The notes beneath the pieces are model-generated. The model searched no databases. It was not told where the DNA came from and saw only the letters and a program-made list of their open reading frames with translations. DNA of 42,551 nt from contig BAAIJX010000066.1 in the NCBI GenBank assembly GCA_054600435.1, positions 62,001 through 104,551 on the forward strand, given 5' to 3'. The DNA is from Neophaeotheca triangularis. Taxonomy: Eukaryota. Position 1 is the first letter of the stretch. The number at the start of each line of letters is the position of its first letter. Shown here piece by piece: positions 25,947-36,492 of this stretch. The position numbers were made by a program, and so were the translations under genes.

Positions 25947-27553
25947 ATGGCGTCTCATCAACTACCATCAAAACCCAGGCCATTCGAAGTTGCCGACCAG
26001 CCGTGCGCCTCCATGGCGGACTGCCACAACCAGGCGGCCAGCGGCAATGCCGTAAGCGCCTCACACTCCACTCTGGCAACAGGAGCCATGCAAGCGATGT
26101 CTCCCTCCAACGCTGCTCAGCATGCTGGAGCTGCCCAAGGCGAGCAGCAGCCTCCAAAAGTCGCTGCGCTGGACCCGCAAAACTCGCCGAGACTCTACTA
26201 TGAGGACCCTGTCACGCGCGTTAAGAGGGAGGTTTGGCGCCCTGGTAAGTCAAACGCAACGTCTCAAGTACCACCAGCAACATGACTGACCACACACAGG
26301 CGACGTCGACGGCGACAGCAAATCCGACTTCTACGATCGTCCAGGTCCACCACTGCCTTTGGCTTCTAGGTGGCGCTTCTATCAGGCACGTTCTTCCTTG
26401 TTCGAAGCTATGTGAAGTTGCCCCTGGCCACTTCCTCAACCACTAACACTCCGCCTAGTCTTCATCACGCGAACCCTACGTCAACGAGAAGAACGAGCCG
26501 CCGCACTACGTCTTCCTAGATGACCGTACCGCCCATGCCGTAGTGGAATCCAACATCACCAAATTCCGCAAAGGACTCTTTTGGCCTCACGACTTCACTG
26601 AGATGGGCACGATTCGCGCTCGCAGGGTGCACCGAGGCAACGCGGCAATGACCCATCCGGAAAAGAGTGGCGAGGAGAAGTTTGGCCATGTCATGGTCGG
26701 GCACAAGAAGGCGGAAAAGGCCAAATACGTCTTCCACGGCGAGAAGCGCTGGAAAGAGATCATCTACAAGGGGCTCGAGAACGCCAATGGAGACACGAAG
26801 GGCTCAGTGACCTGCTCGACAACCTTTCCTCAAACCAGTACGACTCTGCCCGGGATCCGCCTCCACAACAAGAAGAACACTAACAAAGTCCCAGCAAACG
26901 ATCGCAGCCAACCCTCCGGCCACGACAAGAATGGCAAAGAGAAGCACGGCCACAACCAATTCACACCACGCGGCGAGCTCAAAGCCAAGCCCGAGACCGG
27001 CATGATCAACCGCTTCCTGCGCAAACGCGCCAGGAGCCCTCAACTCCCCGAACCGCGCAAAGTCCGCCAGATCCTGGGGGGCCAGAAGTTCCGCAGCGGC
27101 AGCCCCAATACCTCCGAGCGCGGCCCCTCTGCCGAAGTCCACGAGGCCTCTTCAGCGTTTGGCAGCAGTCCTCCTGTCCAGGCTTCGGGACCAGACGCCA
27201 CGACCAAGGACAATGTCATCGCTCACTTGCGGGAGCAGCTCGCTGCTGCGGATAAGGTTATTGCTGCGAATACTCTGGAGATGGCTAGGCTGCGTGAGAG
27301 GCTTGAAGAGCAGAGGGCTCAACTGGAGCAGAATGGCAAGGACATGGAGGGTTTGCTCGACTTGCTGAAGGAGGTGCCGGAGTATGCTGAGCGCATGGCC
27401 GCTTCGGACGAGGATGCAGGCGATGTTGCTGGGGCTGGTGTTGCCGAGGGAGGCGGAATGGGTGCTGAGCAAGCTGGTATGGGCGGAGCAATGGGTGGTG
27501 GCGTTGGCGCCAGGGGCGGCCATGGCGAGGGCGAGTTTGGCGGGGACTTCTAG
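25947..27553 (+). CDS. Hypothetical protein with C-terminal coiled coil (3 exons, second intron probably GC-AG)
   Basis: Intron 26245-26299 (GTAAGT..CTGAC..CAG) and intron 26386-26458 (GCACGT..CTAAC..TAG) join ORF 25947 to the 336-aa ORF in frame. The heptad-like stretch IAHLREQLAAADK...LRERLEEQRAQLE suggests a coiled coil. No family recognised. Confidence 0.65.
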
Positions 27554-28156
27554 ACGAGCGAGGCCGATGGCCACTTTGCTGCCGTTCGGAACGGCAATGG
27601 CGAGCAGTGTCAGCTGGAGCACGACGTCGACTACATGGCGTTCCTTGCTCACCTCTGAGCAGATGGCCTGCGTTTGGCTCGGTCGATGGAAGCCTTGATA
27701 CTGTTTACCGCCGGGAACCTCTAGTCTGGTAGACAACTGGAGCTGTCAGCCGGCATAGGAAGCAGGAGACGGTATCAATGCATCAAGACATGTTGAGTGC
27801 GAGGACATCAGGTGACTCTCAAAAGGCCCTAGACAAGGGTTTTGTATCTTCTAGCTAGCCAAGTATGACGGCTTTATTCATATCGAAAGATCACCCAGGT
27901 TTCAAGCCCAATAGTAGCTTCACATGATAGCTCGTCGGAACCGCGAGCCCTCTGCATGAGCCGTGCGTTGCCTACGAGACTGAGCGCTAATAACTGAGAA
28001 CCAAAAGTCTTGCTTAGAAGTAGTGCAGCAGCGAGACAATTCTATACAGCCGAAGCACATCTAGCTAAACTAAGAACGCAACAGATGATCGTCGTAGTGA
28101 TCTTCAGAGACTGTACATCAAAAAGCAACAATGCACTCGACGGCAACTCGAACCCC

Positions 28157-29504
28157 CTAAGCGTAAGAAGGGTCATCGGCGTAAGCGTAGCACAAGTGCT
28201 CGCCCTGGATATCGAGCAGCTGGTGCAGAGTGCGGGTGCCGGAGACTTCGCCCATGTTGATCTCAAAGTCCAGGGTCACGTTGGGCGAGGTTTCCCATTC
28301 GCGGGCGATGATGTTGCCGCCGACTTGGTGCAGGCGGGTTTCGGGGTCTTGTTGCTGCCACATCTGGAAGCGGAGTTAGTGTTTTGGATTTTTTTTTCTG
28401 TTTTCGTGGTGGCGGGCAACTTACGTGGAAGACGTGGTCGATGTTGCCGTGGTGGAGGTAGAAGAGGGGATCCGCTGGGCTGTTTGCGGCGTTGCCGATT
28501 TGGCCTGTGGTGCCGCCGGTGCCGAAGTGTCCGCTGCCGTGGATGTTAGGGGCGTCGAAGGTTGGGTTGCCTTCGAGCTCGCGGGCGAAGGACTGGTAGT
28601 CGGGCTGGTCGAGGACCTTCTGGACAAGGGAGCGCTGGGCCCACCAGTTGGTGAGAGCGGGGATCATGTCGCGGCGCAGGCAGGATCCGAGCTCTGCTTC
28701 CTGCACGTTGATGGAGAAGTTGGGTCGCTGGAATGGACCGGTGTCGACGCAGCCGCCACCGGTGCGACCGAAACGGCCGATGTTAAAGGGGTCGGTTGTG
28801 TTCTCTACCCAGACGCCATTGCCACCGAAACCAAGTTTGTCATCGAAGATCTCGGTCTCGAAGATGGCCATGGAGGTGCTGCCTTCGCCTTGGGCGTCAC
28901 GGCTCCAGTCCCAGTAACTACGGTACCTGCGTCAGCTTGCGATATTCTCGCCCCAAGACTAGGAAAAGAACTTACGGTTGGGCACCCTTGTAGCCGCAGC
29001 GTTCCCTCAGCATCTTCTCATAAGTTGCTACCATATACCTGTGCCATAGGACGAAGTGGCCCTACAAACGTCAGACATGTCCAATAGCAATTTTGTAGGC
29101 AAGCTCAAACTTACAACCCAGTGGATGTTAGGAGTCTGGTCCAAGTGAACGGCATGAAGGTCGTCGAAAGCATTCTGAGCTTCCGGGTTGGACACGACGG
29201 GCTCCTTGGTTTGCAAGCAGAGCACAGCGTCAATGTAGTCTTGCTTCTCGACATTCGTCAACATTCGCCTACAATGATCATGTCAGAGTAGCCCATCGTC
29301 ATTCAAGCCGCCAAAACCCCGCACAGAACGTGCTTACCATTCCTTCCTGACGGGAGGGTTCACGCAAGTGTCGTTTTTGCCTTTGCCCCCGCCTTTGCCC
29401 CAACCCTTCCCTCCGCCCTTGCCCCACCCACCGTGAGCGGCGGGAGCGGCAGACCCAAGGGTCGCCAGCGCGATGGCGGAAGCGGCGACGGTAGCGAAAC
29501 GCAT
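28157..29504 (-). CDS. Secreted short tyrosinase / di-copper centre protein (5 exons)
   Basis: Introns 29269-29337, 29062-29114, 28918-28975 and 28364-28424. Signal peptide MRFATVAASAIALATLGSA; VRKEWR; CuA region LHAVH...IHWV|GHFVLWHR; PYWDW; CuB region IHGSGH...DPLFYLHHGNID; ends LCYAY without a C-terminal shielding domain. Confidence 0.93.
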
Positions 29505-30129
29505 GTTTGGATTAGCGAATGTCTAGAGAATCGAGAGAACCGTAGATTTTGAGAGAGTTTGAGAACGGCTGGTGGACAGCAAGACTACAAGAGGAGGCGT
29601 GTATCACTTAAAGTACTGGCAAGAGAGGCAGTCCTCCACTCACGGGGTGCCGCTACCGAGCCTTCGTAGCGAGGCTATCAGGTGCTTCTTGCAGATGTTA
29701 CCGTCTACTTACCGTGCAGAAGACGTTGGGCGAATTGTTTGATTGCTACTGAGGCTCTCGGGCTCTTCGGTTGTTGGACCGGCAGGGGGCTAACGCTGCC
29801 CTGAGTCGCTGATCCTTCCCTAAAAGACAACCTGCGTGCAGCATAGAGGGTGGGATGTTCGCCACGTTGATACAGAGCTTCAAGCCCTTTGTCTTCCAGA
29901 GACCTTGCACTGATGCTAGCTAGCATCGGAAAGGTTAGAAGGGCGGGACAGGGTATCGGCACAGGATATGCGGCAATGGTTCCTGAAAAGGCGTAGCGAA
30001 AGTCCCACGTGGGAGCAAGGTCTTTAAGATGAAGTGCGTAAGTCTGCTTGGCAGGGCAGCGGTATGAAGATCTTTTCCAGTGTTGCCAGGTTTCGGAGAG
30101 TACTGACGAGTGAGAGGTGAAGTCCAGTA

Positions 30130-30702
30130 TTAAGTAGGGCAGGGTAGTATGTAGACTAAATGATTAGGGAGCTTCCCCAACTCTTGGCTTGCTGCAGTCC
30201 AATATGTCTTCATATGGGAAAGGCCCGGACCCTTGTCAACAATGTCGCTCCTGGGACCAACAATATACAGACGGCAGCACGCCGGTAGTTGATTGTCGGG
30301 TCCGCCGCCGACAGGGCGGGTGTCCGGTCTCTGCCTAGCCTCGGTTCGTAGTTCATTGTAAAGATCTTTTTGTCTGTGGACGCGGATCATTTGGTGCAGT
30401 AATTCGTGGAATAATGCTGCTACGGAAGTGAAGGAACACCCCTCAGAAAATGTTGGTTCACTCGAGACTTGAGCCTGCTCCCGGTCGCACTTGTCAGCAA
30501 AACACACAAACGGTACAGCTCAGGACATCCAGTGGTGTAGACTACATCCTCGTTTCGTCTCGTTGTCTTTTGCCACTTTGACCATAGAAATACCAAGTGG
30601 ACGCGGAGACATCGGGTTGGCGTGTGCGTATTCCTGCGACTCTGCCGAGAAGTGTTGACAGCCAGCTAGTCATGCATGGTCTGTGCGAAATATCTTGCCC
30701 AT
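30130..30702 (-). pseudogene. Possible degenerate HExxH-containing coding relic
   Basis: ALFHELLH (HELLH at 30394-30408). The same frame extends to an ATG at 30702 across two TGA stops (30670-30672 and 30520-30522). Confidence 0.2.
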
Positions 30703-31125
30703 GTCGCAAGGTTGACGACCAAGAGATACTTGATCAAGATGGCGCGATACAGTAGCAATCATAACTGCTGGCTATGAACACTATCAGCGCTGCAAGACAA
30801 GTTCTGAGAGCTTTCTATTGTTCCAGGTCCCAAGCACATCGAAAGTCTTTGGAGACACGAGGATCTTCAGAAGTCTAGAGTCCTACCTCCTAGGCTCGGT
30901 AGGTAGAATATGTTAAATGAGTTCGAGCCTCGTTTGCGAGCTCGATTGCTTGGCCAGGATCGTTCCGAAGCATGTGAATGGCTCGCTGAGAGGGTCTCTG
31001 GCGATCACTCTATGTCAGTGCCTGCATTCATATGCATTCCCGCTCCATCGCTGATGGGTGTAATATGAAAAGCGCCGCTGGTAAGAAGATAGCGAGTCCC
31101 CAAGACCAACAAGCCGAACATCCTG

Positions 31126-31191
31126 ATGGCCAACTTCGGCCAACTTGAACCCCCTGGGCCAGCTGATCTTGACCGTATCTATCCTCCCTAA
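31126..31191 (+). other. Candidate uORF (MANFGQLEPPGPADLDRIYPP*)
   Basis: ATG at 31126 to TAA at 31189-31191, 120 nt upstream of and in frame with the main ATG at 31312. It is not known whether it lies in the transcript. Confidence 0.4.
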
Positions 31192-31311
31192 TCGTCTAGT
31201 GACGACCTACGACGACCCGGGTCCGTATCCACGTTCTGAGGTTCCGATCGCACTCCCAGCACGCTCTACATACGACAACTAGCTCACGCGTGCTTGCGAC
31301 TCCATCGCGCA

Positions 31312-32681
31312 ATGAGCGGCGAACGATTTTCAGATCCTCTGGATTTTCCGACCATAACGTGGGACCATGGATCGAGGCAACCTCTCTTTTTAATCGTGTT
31401 GGGCGTTTTCCTCTTCATCTCTTTGACAACGGTGAGCACAAGGTAAAAACGAGCCAATGCGTCCCAACTCGACCAGAAGACCGGATGTGCTGATCACGGT
31501 ACAGGCTCTACTGCCGCATCCACTATGTTCGCAGCATGGGGATTGACGACTGGCTCATGGTATCGGCCATGGTCGTGACCACAGGGCTAGCCATCCAAAA
31601 CATCTTCCATGTCAGCTACGGGACAGGCCTGTCCATGGCAAACTACCCACCGGAACCGGAGAAAGCCTTCATCCCGACTCTGAAACACTGGTGGTCGTAC
31701 CAGATCGTATACCCGCTGGCGCTGGCGCTCATCAAAGCATCGCTCCTGGCAACATACTGGCGCATCTTCACGCGTTCGACATTCCCCAGAATCTGGATCC
31801 TGATTGTGGGAGGCGTGATTGCGGTGTTCACCGTCATTGTCATGTTCGTGTATGCCTTTGAGTGCAACCCGGTGACTCTGGCCTGGAGCCCCGCTTTCAC
31901 ACAGCATCCAGATCAGTGTATCAACAGGCATGCTTTGTACTATGCGGCTGCTGCCTTTAATATTCTGACGGATGTTATCATTCTCGTCATGCCGATCAGG
32001 CCACTCGCCAAGCTAAACATCAACTCTGCACGGCGGAACGCTTTGATTGGTATCTTTTTGGTGGGTGGCATTGCGGTGGCGGCCTCCTGCGTCAGACTAT
32101 ACTATGTCGTCTGGCAAGCGAATGGATCCGGCCCGCAGACTGCAATCTTTGTAAGTTATTCGAAAAGCCTCCGATCTCGCGCGTCAAGACTAACCCACTG
32201 GCATCGCAGATTCTCTTGTGGTCGCAAGTTGAGGTGAGAGTTCTTGGGAGTCTGATGGCCCGGAATAACGACTAACGCGCTCGCCCAGATAAACGTAGCC
32301 ATCACAACGGCATCAGTGCCTGCTCTGCGCCCACTGTTCTCAAAGGCCTTCAGCAGCACCTCTCGCAACTACAGCAACCAAGCCAACCTAAACTATCCCT
32401 CGGCCGGCCCAAATGTCTCGGGAGGCGGTGGTGCTTCGAAGCTCTTCTCGCGCTCACGTCGGAGCGGGAACATGGAGCTCGGCTCGATAGGTGGAAGCGG
32501 TGTGGCGAAGGACGGAACGGTCACGCACCAGCAAGATTCGGACAACAACAGCGAGGAGATGATTTTGGGGAGACCGCACGGTATTATGCGTACCGTCGAA
32601 ACGCAAATAAAGACGCATCCGACCGATGATGACACCGAGCCTTTATCGAACAAGCGGCCAGACAGGCGAAGTGGGTGGTAG
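31312..32681 (+). CDS. Pth11-like fungal rhodopsin-domain integral membrane protein (4 exons incl. a 24-nt exon)
   Basis: Exons 31312-31442, 31505-32150, 32210-32233 and 32289-32681. Motifs R|LYCR..MGIDDWLM, IKASLLATYWRIF, FECNPV, NILTDVIILVMPI and WSQVE|INVAITTASVPALRPLF. Confidence 0.9.
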
Positions 32682-33847
32682 AGGGGACTGCGCGCTGATG
32701 TCTTACTTTCTTCGCCTGACTGCAGGCACTCCTGGCGAAGGCAGGAGTCTTAGTCTTCTCATCCGATGCCCCGAGTTGAATGGTACACGAGAATGCAGTC
32801 GCCAGGCATGAACTATAACATTGTAATATGATGATGGATATTTCTGGCCAGTTGAACCCAGTGGCCTTCTGATAAGAACCAGCTGCCCTTGTCGAGACTT
32901 GAGAAGTTGAACAGCCGTTTCATGGATCCAATAGAAGGCATCTTAGAACGCTACGAATTCCCAGCCATCTTCGCGCAGAGATGGCAACTGCTAATGGCTG
33001 CCCGGTTTAATAATCTGACGATTTCCCAGGTTGAATGTGCCCGGTATGCGGATGATCTCTGCGGCCCGCAGGATGCTGTAAATCGGCGCTCATGCAAGCC
33101 ACGTGCGTCGTGTGTGCTCTCATGGTCGAAATGGTACCAAGGTACTCAGCAGGAGCTGGCAGGATCTGAATGGGTTCTAGTGGTACCTAGGTGAGGTAGT
33201 GTTCCATACCTCGTATATTGTGACGTTGGAGGCGACGTCCGGTCACACTCACACACTGCTACTACCTATACCCACCTTAGGTACTGAAGTCAGACAACAG
33301 CGCGTACAGTAGGTGCACGTGATGAAGAGCATAGACTGTCTAGGTTGAGGTGTCTTGTTGTCGTCAAGCTCTAAACGCCAAGAGTGGCAGTGCTAACCCG
33401 CATTGACGCCATTGGCTTCCATTGCCCAGCCCAGCCCAGCACAGCACCTCGATGACATCTGAAGCTCCCACCCGCGTGCACACCTCATCATTGCACAGCC
33501 CCCTTTGTACACCTGCAACAAACAAACTGGAAATCGCTCAAGGCGCATGCGAGTGCAACAAGCACCCCGACTGCAAGACGATCAAGACGATCCACGGCAC
33601 ATGTCGAAGCTTCTCACCATCGACACTGTAAGATAGTCTAGAGCGTCTTGGGTGTGCCAACAAGCAAGAGCTTCTACCTACTAGTACTACCTACCTACTA
33701 GCTCACTACCACCTCAGCATTGGACGCCCTCTGCGAAACAGCTGCCCAACGTCCACACCACACGGTACCTTCTACTTCATAATTGACCACCGCACCTCCC
33801 CACAGCCTGGCGCCCGACGATACTGTCGTCCGCCCTTTTATCCCATC

Positions 33848-35498
33848 ATGAGTGAGTAAACTCCCCAATTCCCACACTCCATCCCAGCACTGCCGCAATT
33901 CGACCTCTTGGCCTCGATCATGCGCTTGAGCAGTGCGCCTGCTCCATCGGACCTCTGCCTTGCCCTTCTCTCCACCGCATCCTTCTCTTCTCAGCCATCC
34001 TTGTACCCTTGCTCTTTCTCGAACCTATCAACTGATGCGCAAGCATTTGCCTTGTAGGCAACTTCCGGAGACAAGCGACCCTACACGGCCGCACTCAAAC
34101 TGGATTCTCTCGCGAACTTCGCACCAGCAGTATGCCCCCCGACCCAAGCGAGGTCGACGAGCGCACCCCTCTCAGAGCCGCGACCGCTGGCAACTTGGGA
34201 GACTTCCATTCCGCCCGCGACAACATAAAGAGCGATGGGGTAACGCACTTGTATGAGGATCCGCGCGTCTGGGTACGCTGGCCGATGAATTTCCTGCACC
34301 TGTCTTGGTTGACCCTCGCGAGCAACTATGTCAACGTGCTATTGGTCTTTGTGCCGGCCGGCATAATCTTGGGCATCATGGACATCAACCCCACTGCCAT
34401 CTTCGTGGTCAACTTCCTCGCTATCGTGCCTCTGGCTGCGCTGCTGAGCTTCGCGACTGAGGAGTTGAGTGCAAAGCTTGGACAAACACTCGGCGGGTTA
34501 ATGAATGCGACGTTCGGAAATGCCGTCGAACTCATCGTAAGCGTTGGATCGCTCAGCAAAGGTTTTCGAGTGTCTAGCTCACACACTCGCAGGTCTCCAT
34601 CATCGCTCTGCAAAAGGGCGAGATTCGCATCGTGCAAGCCAGCATGCTCGGCTCCATTCTGTCCAATATCTTGCTCGTCCTTGGCTGCTGCTTTGTTGCT
34701 TCCGGCATCCGCCGCAGCGAATCTACTTTCAACGAGACTGTCGCATCCACCATGTCCTCGCTCATGGCAGTGGCCGCCTCTTCCCTGATTATCCCGGCGA
34801 CACTGTACGCTTCTCTGCAGAACAGCGACGTAAACAGCGAGAAGAACATCCTGTTCCTGTCGCATGGCACGGCAATTATCCTCCTCATCCTCTACTGCCT
34901 CTACTTGTACTTCCAACTCAAGTCGCACGCCCAGCTCTTCGATGCCGAAACCCAACAAGGCGAAGAAGGCGAATCCTCGGAACCGGAAATCCTCGGCCCC
35001 GTCCCAGCAGGCATCTGTCTCGTCATTGTCACGGTCCTTGTAGCCATCTGCGCCGAATACCTCGTCGACAGCATCGACAGCATCGTCTCCTCCGCGGGCA
35101 TCTCCAAAACTTTCATCGGTCTGATCCTCATCCCCATTGTCGGCAACGCAGCCGAGCACGTCACGGCATGCGTCGTCGCCTACAAGGACAAGATGGACCT
35201 CGCGATTGGTGTAGCGATTGGAAGCAGCATGCAGATAGCACTCTTTGTGACGCCCTTCCTCGTCATCCTCGGCTGGATCATCGGGCAGCCCATGACGCTG
35301 CACTTCCAAGGTTTCGAGACGGTCGTCTTCTTCGTCAGCGTATTGATTGTCAATTACTTGATCCAGGACGGTAAGAGCAATTATCTCGAGGGTGCCATGT
35401 GCCTAGGCACGTACGTCATCATCGCGTTGGCGTTTTACGTCTACCCGGAGAGTGCTGGGGATATATCGAGCTTCGTTAAGGGTGTTGTTGGGAAGTAG
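33848..35498 (+). CDS. VCX1: Vacuolar Ca2+/H+ exchanger (3 exons)
   Basis: Alpha-repeat motifs [11 protein letters not shown] and IVGNAAEH; also [12 protein letters not shown] and GSSMQIALF. Intron 34537-34592. Probable first coding exon ATGA (33848-33851) with intron 33852-34057; alternative start at 34132. Confidence 0.93.
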
Positions 35499-36173
35499 AG
35501 CGTCGCAGCAGTACGCGCGTGATAGGGTGGGGTTGGCATCGAGGGTGTTCGAACGGCGTATGGCAAAACGGCGTCTGGCGAGGTCAAAATTGTGCTCTTA
35601 TGTCGACGCTGTAGAGGGGTTGTCGAAGGGTTTTCTTGATGTGTCGAGAGGGCACTGCCGGGTTTACTGTTACTTCTTCGATTCAATTGTACCTCATATC
35701 TTGACCAATTCAACAAGTCCTCCTCCTTTGAGCAATGTACCTCTTGACGTCTTGACATAGCATGTTTGATGCTGCGTAACCTAGGTAGCAGATTGACTCC
35801 GAACGTTTTCAAGACCAGGGGGCTTGAAAAGTAACAAGACAGCGACAGCGTGTAGCGCGATAGCAATGTTGAAAAATGAGGGGCAGAGCGACAGGAAAGA
35901 CTCGACGAGAAGAAGACGACATAAGCCTGGATATATATACAGGATGGCTTCACCAGTGGACAATCTGCACTATCTTTCAGCCTTGCATGTGCTAGCTGTG
36001 CCTCCCGAGGGTCTTGTCGGTAAGGTAAGTACTAGAGGTAGTATTTTTAATAGTGTCTGTCTTTGCTGCGAGCCTTGCGTACACGCTCGAAGGGCTTGCC
36101 GCTTGCCGGCTGGGCTGAGGAGGCACCGGAGGCAGGGCTGAGGAAGGCAGGGCTGAGGCTCTGCGGAGGCTCG

Positions 36174-36190
36174 TTATCTTATCAGATAAG
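36174..36190. promoter_or_regulatory. GATA cluster containing a palindromic ATCWGATAA (SreA/SRE-type) site
   Basis: TTATCTTATCAGATAAG has three GATAA cores and matches ATCWGATAA on both strands. It lies about 300 bp upstream of the F-box gene. Confidence 0.45.
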
Positions 36191-36492
36191 GTAGATTTGA
36201 TTGAGCATCCATTGCAGGTGGTGTTTCTGACGCAATTTGGTGAACAGAAACCCGACGGCACGTCCATGAACGTGAACACTGCTTGGAGAGTCTCCCTCAT
36301 ACCACATCTGCATGTTTCATGTTGCCTTCCCTTGTCGAATGCGCAGTATCCTAGATTCTCTCTTCCTGGATATTTTCACTTACGCTTGCAACCTACTAAT
36401 TACCTGAGACCTCGCATACACCTGGAAAACTTGAAACTTCTCGTCCTAACCCATGCCTTCTTAAGCTCGAACACCTCCCAGCTTAATCTAAA

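Noticed and set aside
30917..30933. T-arm-like hairpin ATGAG-TTCGAGC-CTCGT
   Set aside because: No D-arm, anticodon arm or acceptor stem at the right distances; not a tRNA.
32829..32872. Box C (ATGATGA) ... box D (CTGA) snoRNA candidate; also box C-like sites at 33319 and 38616
   Set aside because: Spacing is too short or no box D at a suitable distance, and there is no terminal stem.
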